The position numbers were made by a program, and so were the translations under genes. A stretch of DNA of 64,000 nt. Source: Octopus vulgaris. Its lineage: Eukaryota. Positions 59,245 to 64,000 of this stretch are shown here, one piece after another. The DNA lies in assembly GCA_951406725.2 (NCBI GenBank), contig OX597814.1, positions 38,006,001-38,070,000 on the forward strand, in the 5' to 3' direction. Positions within the stretch are counted from its first letter, which is position 1. Every line of letters starts with the position of its first letter. The notes beneath the pieces are model-generated. The model worked only from the letters and a program-made list of their open reading frames with translations. It did not search any database and was not told the DNA's origin.

Positions 59245-59763
59245 AAAATAGTACATCCCAGTAACAAACAAATCAAGATGACAAGTGCTAAGTTGAATGC
59301 AGGTTTTATATCGGAGTAACTTCTCCTAGGTTTTTACTCTAAAGGAGACTGCTAGCCAGCAGTGGAAAGTAAATTTGAAATCAGAACTTTATTCTCCTAT
59401 ACTCCTATACTCCTAATAACGGCTTTGTTTCAAAGGAGGAGCCTAGTTTCTCACCATCAATCCTAGCTTTGATAGTGCAGCCAATTGAGGCATTGTCATT
59501 AATATGAACTAGATTTATATTAGTGTCCTTCTAGAAAAGCTTCATCAACCATCCCCACGCACAGACAAACAATATATACATGTGCACACATAAAAAGAAA
59601 CTTATAAAATTCGAAACATTTACAATTTATAAACTATTCTTTAATAAAATAAATTCAAAATTAAGAATCTAAATAAAAGTAAATGAAAAAAGATACATAA
59701 ATATACATATAATTATATAAAAGGTTTATAAATATATAAAAAGATATATAGAAATATATAAAA

Positions 59764-59800
<37 letters not shown>

Positions 59801-60259
59801 CATACATATACATACACACCTATGTACATATAATATTTCATGGCCATTGAATACACATGAGCTTTTCCGTCCTTTGACAAGACTTATTTGTCGTCCAGCA
59901 GGGACATTCAACCTCGTCGCCAAGTAATCTTGTTGGAGTGGTCAGTTTCGTCACCGACGACACGACCGTGCAGCATGTTGTATTAGGTTGCATGTTACCA
60001 GTAGCGCTCAAGAGCTACTTCTCTCTCTCTCTCACACACATACACACACACGCATATACTCACGCATGCATGCACACAAATACACGTGAGTATTCCCATG
60101 TTTATGTGTATATACCTGTAATCATGTATAATTAATAGTATATTTCATTGACAACAATGTAAGGATTTTACACAGCCAGAAACTCAGGGTCTGAAATTAT
60201 CCAATATATACAGGTCTTTTATGTATACACATGTGACTATACATGAGTATTCGTATGTT

Positions 60260-60320
<61 letters not shown>

Positions 60321-60680
60321 GTGTGTGTGTATGTGTGTGTGTGTAATTATGTAGATTGCAGGTATATTTCATCGACAACGGGAAAGTATGGTTATATACA
60401 CAACCAGAAATCCAGGTTCTGAAATTATCCAAGTTTTACTGGTCTTATTTGTTTATTTGCCTTTTCACATTGTGCTGTATTGAATACATGATGTGGTTCT
60501 AGAGTTAGGTTTGATTAGTATTTCAAGTATGGACGTATCTCTTAGATACCTTTATTTATAATTTTTGTAATTATTATAACCTATAAGGCTTTTTTCTTCC
60601 TATGCTACCACTTGATTTGATCTATATTTAAAATGATGATCTTATCCTTATTTGTATAGAAATTTACACACACACACACA

Positions 60681-60720
<40 letters not shown>

Positions 60721-63700
60721 TGTTTGCAGGTGATTTCAAAGTCTACTACATTTAGCAAACTCCTGACGACCAGTGGAACTAAATTTCGAAATCACAAAAT
60801 CCCTATCAATTAAATGCAAATAATTAGGAAATGTGATAAAAAGATTTGCGATATAATTCCATTTGATGTTAAATTGTCTTCATATGTAACTTGGCATACA
60901 ATCAATGTAAATATTTTCTCTTTATGTATTATTATTTATGCATTTAATCAAATATTTGCCTAATCTTCGTCACTGCCTTGAAAATTTTATTGGTGTGGTA
61001 CGTTGGGGAAGCTTGAAAACGCAATATACAAATTTTACTAATCCTCGCAAAATCTTTCAACTAGAAAAAATAATAACATTTATTGGTATATTGATTTAAG
61101 ATATTTCTATTGTAACCCTTCTCTAATAGTGAACGATAACGTTTATGTTATTACTCTGACAACATGTTAATTATTCCTGCTAGGAGCGGTGTTAATGTGA
61201 TTTTATCAATGCTTATATATAACTATGTGTACATTAATTTTGTCAAGTTTTGTTCGAAAGTATTTTATTAGATGTACATTGGTAAAAGCCTTAAAATATG
61301 TTCTTAATGATATTTATGTTACATATTACCTCGACACTTGTCATATATCTCTTTTCACTGTCTTGAAATACACTTTTCAGGAGTGGATGCAGATTGAATT
61401 AATTTCCCATATACAAGAATGCTTAAGTGGAAATCTTTTAAAATGAATTAGAAAATGAATTAAAATATGCAGTAGTGTTGCACCTTACGAGAATGATACG
61501 CCTAATTTCAAAACTGAGTGTTTGATAATAAACAAATGAGATTTAATAATATATTTAATTAGTTTATTTTTACATGTATGATTCTTACACGAGCAGCGCT
61601 TCTGCAACAAAACATAAGGAAATATTCAACAGTCATTAACTTGCAAGTACTCCAAAAACTGACCGTTGAGTGAACTGAACGCGAAATTGTGACTATGAAA
61701 ATTGTTTCCAACGACATTTATCAACCCAATTCATAAGAATGTATGGACTATTGAGAACCAAACACGAAGTAATTCAAGTATTCATGTACCATATACTATA
61801 ATACTTTACAGGACCAATAAGATATGCTTTTATGCAGCAGAACATTTAACTGATAAGAGATGATCTTGGAATGTGTCTGCTTTGGAATTAAGGACTGAAT
61901 GTGTAAATGACAATGATCTACTAGAAATTTGAAAATGATTTTTAAAATATTGTGATTACAGTTATCTCAAATCCTGTACGATGATATTATCCACTTGAAA
62001 GGAAAACGCTTTCCATACCGCTACAAATCAATTCCCTGATGGTGATTTAATTTACTATTAAATTCATTTAACTTTCATGTGGTAAGAGAGAGAAAAATAT
62101 TACTTCAGAAATGGATGTATAGTTACACTGCACTAATCAAACATATTAATTTTGTATAATCACACATTCGAGGGAAGTGCATGGGAAGCAATTTATAACT
62201 GATGATGTCAACAATTGTTATGCTGTTGACGATGAGTAGTTGGAGGAGGAGGTGCAGGATTGTTATAAATAATAGAGTGATAAGACAGGGAGAGGGGGAG
62301 AAGTCTAGGCACTCACCATAAGATGTGAGCTAGATCCTATGTTAAAGAAAACTAGGTACAAACAATTAGAATAAAATTCGGTAAGGCTACGTTAAAAAGA
62401 GATACATTGACAATGTGCTGCAGAGTTCCTTATATATCAGAAAAATTCAAGAGTTTCATGGATGGTTTGTTTTCATCAGGCAAAACTTTAACGATCGACG
62501 AAGAGAAAACTTGAGTCTAAACAACAATAATGGAGGTTTAAAAGAACCCTGAACAATGAATATGACTCAGCTTATTTTATTTTAACCAATATAATTACAC
62601 ATACACACACGAAAATGTCATAATCTCGTAACATTACATGTCACACCGACGAATGTCTTCTTCGGCTAATAGGTGGGAGTAGTGCAGTGCAAGCTATGTC
62701 CGCTGAAAATTATTCATCTGCAGAGGTACTTCCTGTACATCAAATCTCAGTAAAATCATCGAATGTGTTGTTTGGCTGGAATCTGAAAATGCACTTGCGG
62801 TTTACTGTATATATAACTGCATAGATCGATAGAGACATACATACATGCATACATACATACATTCATACATACATAAATACATACATAGAGAGACAGACAG
62901 ACTGATAGATAGAAAGTTATAGATACACACACAGATACACACGCATATATATAAAAATCATATGCATTTATAAGTGCGTGCGTACGTGCGGGGATGCTTA
63001 AGTGTGATAGGAACATATGCATATTTATAGGTGCATATATCTGTGTGCATGTGTTTATGTCTGTACATGCATAATCTTGTTTATGTCTGTGGTGGATGTT
63101 TATGTTTGCGATCGAGTGAGAAAGCGAGAGAGAGAGAAGTAGAGAGAATGTGTGTGTGTGTGTGTGCGGGTGTGTGTGAGCATGTAAAGGTACGAGAATG
63201 TACGAAGTATTTTTGATTCGTGTTAAAGTTTCTTAATGCGTACCTCATTCACGTCGGAGAAAATGATAGTGTATGTTCATTACGAGAACATGCTTCCAAA
63301 TATAAGATATTATTACACCGATTTTGTTATCGCTAATGTTGCTACAATATATTGATTGATAACATCGGTTAATGTTCACTCTGATAATATTAGCGTTATT
63401 CCGATTGAAGTAATCGTAAAGAGATTATGATAAATACATAAATGTATCGATAGAATAATACGAAAAAAAAGTAAAATAAAATAAGCAGTGCATAGAAATC
63501 TGCATTATATTTCGTATATTAATTCGGATTTAGATTTAATGGAAAATTTGAAACCCAATGCATATATTAAACGAATACAAATTTGAGGAGATATCTTCTA
63601 ACTTCAGTAAATTATATACGACTGGAGAAATTACAGATGATTGCCTTCTTAAACTTCTGTTACCGGAAATGTTTTTTTTTTATGTAATGCAAGCGATATT

Positions 63701-63788
63701 TGCAAATTGATGATGTCGTACAGATATTAAAGACAAGGAGACGATTTCCGGCAGAAGTCATCACTAAACTGTTGAAAAAGAGAAAGAG

Positions 63789-63823
<35 letters not shown>

Positions 63824-64000
63824 GAGAGCATCACACAGTAAAGGACATATGCATCTAAGTCGACATAAATATATATATATATGCATATATAACATTTTGA
63901 ATATTTCAGTTTAATAGTAACACTCTAAGCACACACGCATATATTTGCGTATGTATTGATATATGCGTGTGTTTTTGTGTGGGTATAGATATATATATAT

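Noticed and set aside
58895-60795. HHR-like words at about 58896 (CTGACCA..CGAAAT) and about 60763 (CTGACGA..CGAAAT); also about 16290-16320 and 40744
   Set aside because: Helix I/III or the cleavage triplet could not be formed; too degenerate to count.

Overview
AT-rich, microsatellite-dense animal genomic DNA, probably intergenic or intronic. The SINE and LINE families resemble those of Octopus, which is an inference from family resemblance. No intact host protein-coding gene is supported, and most ORFs in the track are translations of (TA)n, (CA)n, (CAT)n or (TTA)n arrays. The window is a set of decayed retroelements: a HERO-like RT-RLE element (1-2342), an R4/Dong-like RLE element, CR1-type LINE 3' ends, L1/Tx1 ORF1 and ORF2 remnants, tRNA-derived SINEs, and Penelope-like elements (PLEs) of Poseidon-like, Neptune-like and Naiad-like type. 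The main unannotated signal is about 17 type-I hammerhead ribozyme (HHR)-like motifs from about 9 repeat families, roughly 7 of them with intact catalytic cores. Three stand out: a young 564-bp-period, 1.4-unit non-coding HHR repeat that resembles a retrozyme; a perfect 85-bp-arm palindrome carrying an HHR on each strand; and a PLE family with a tRNA-like Pol III head built in just upstream of its HHR. All folds were assigned by eye and need computational and biochemical confirmation.
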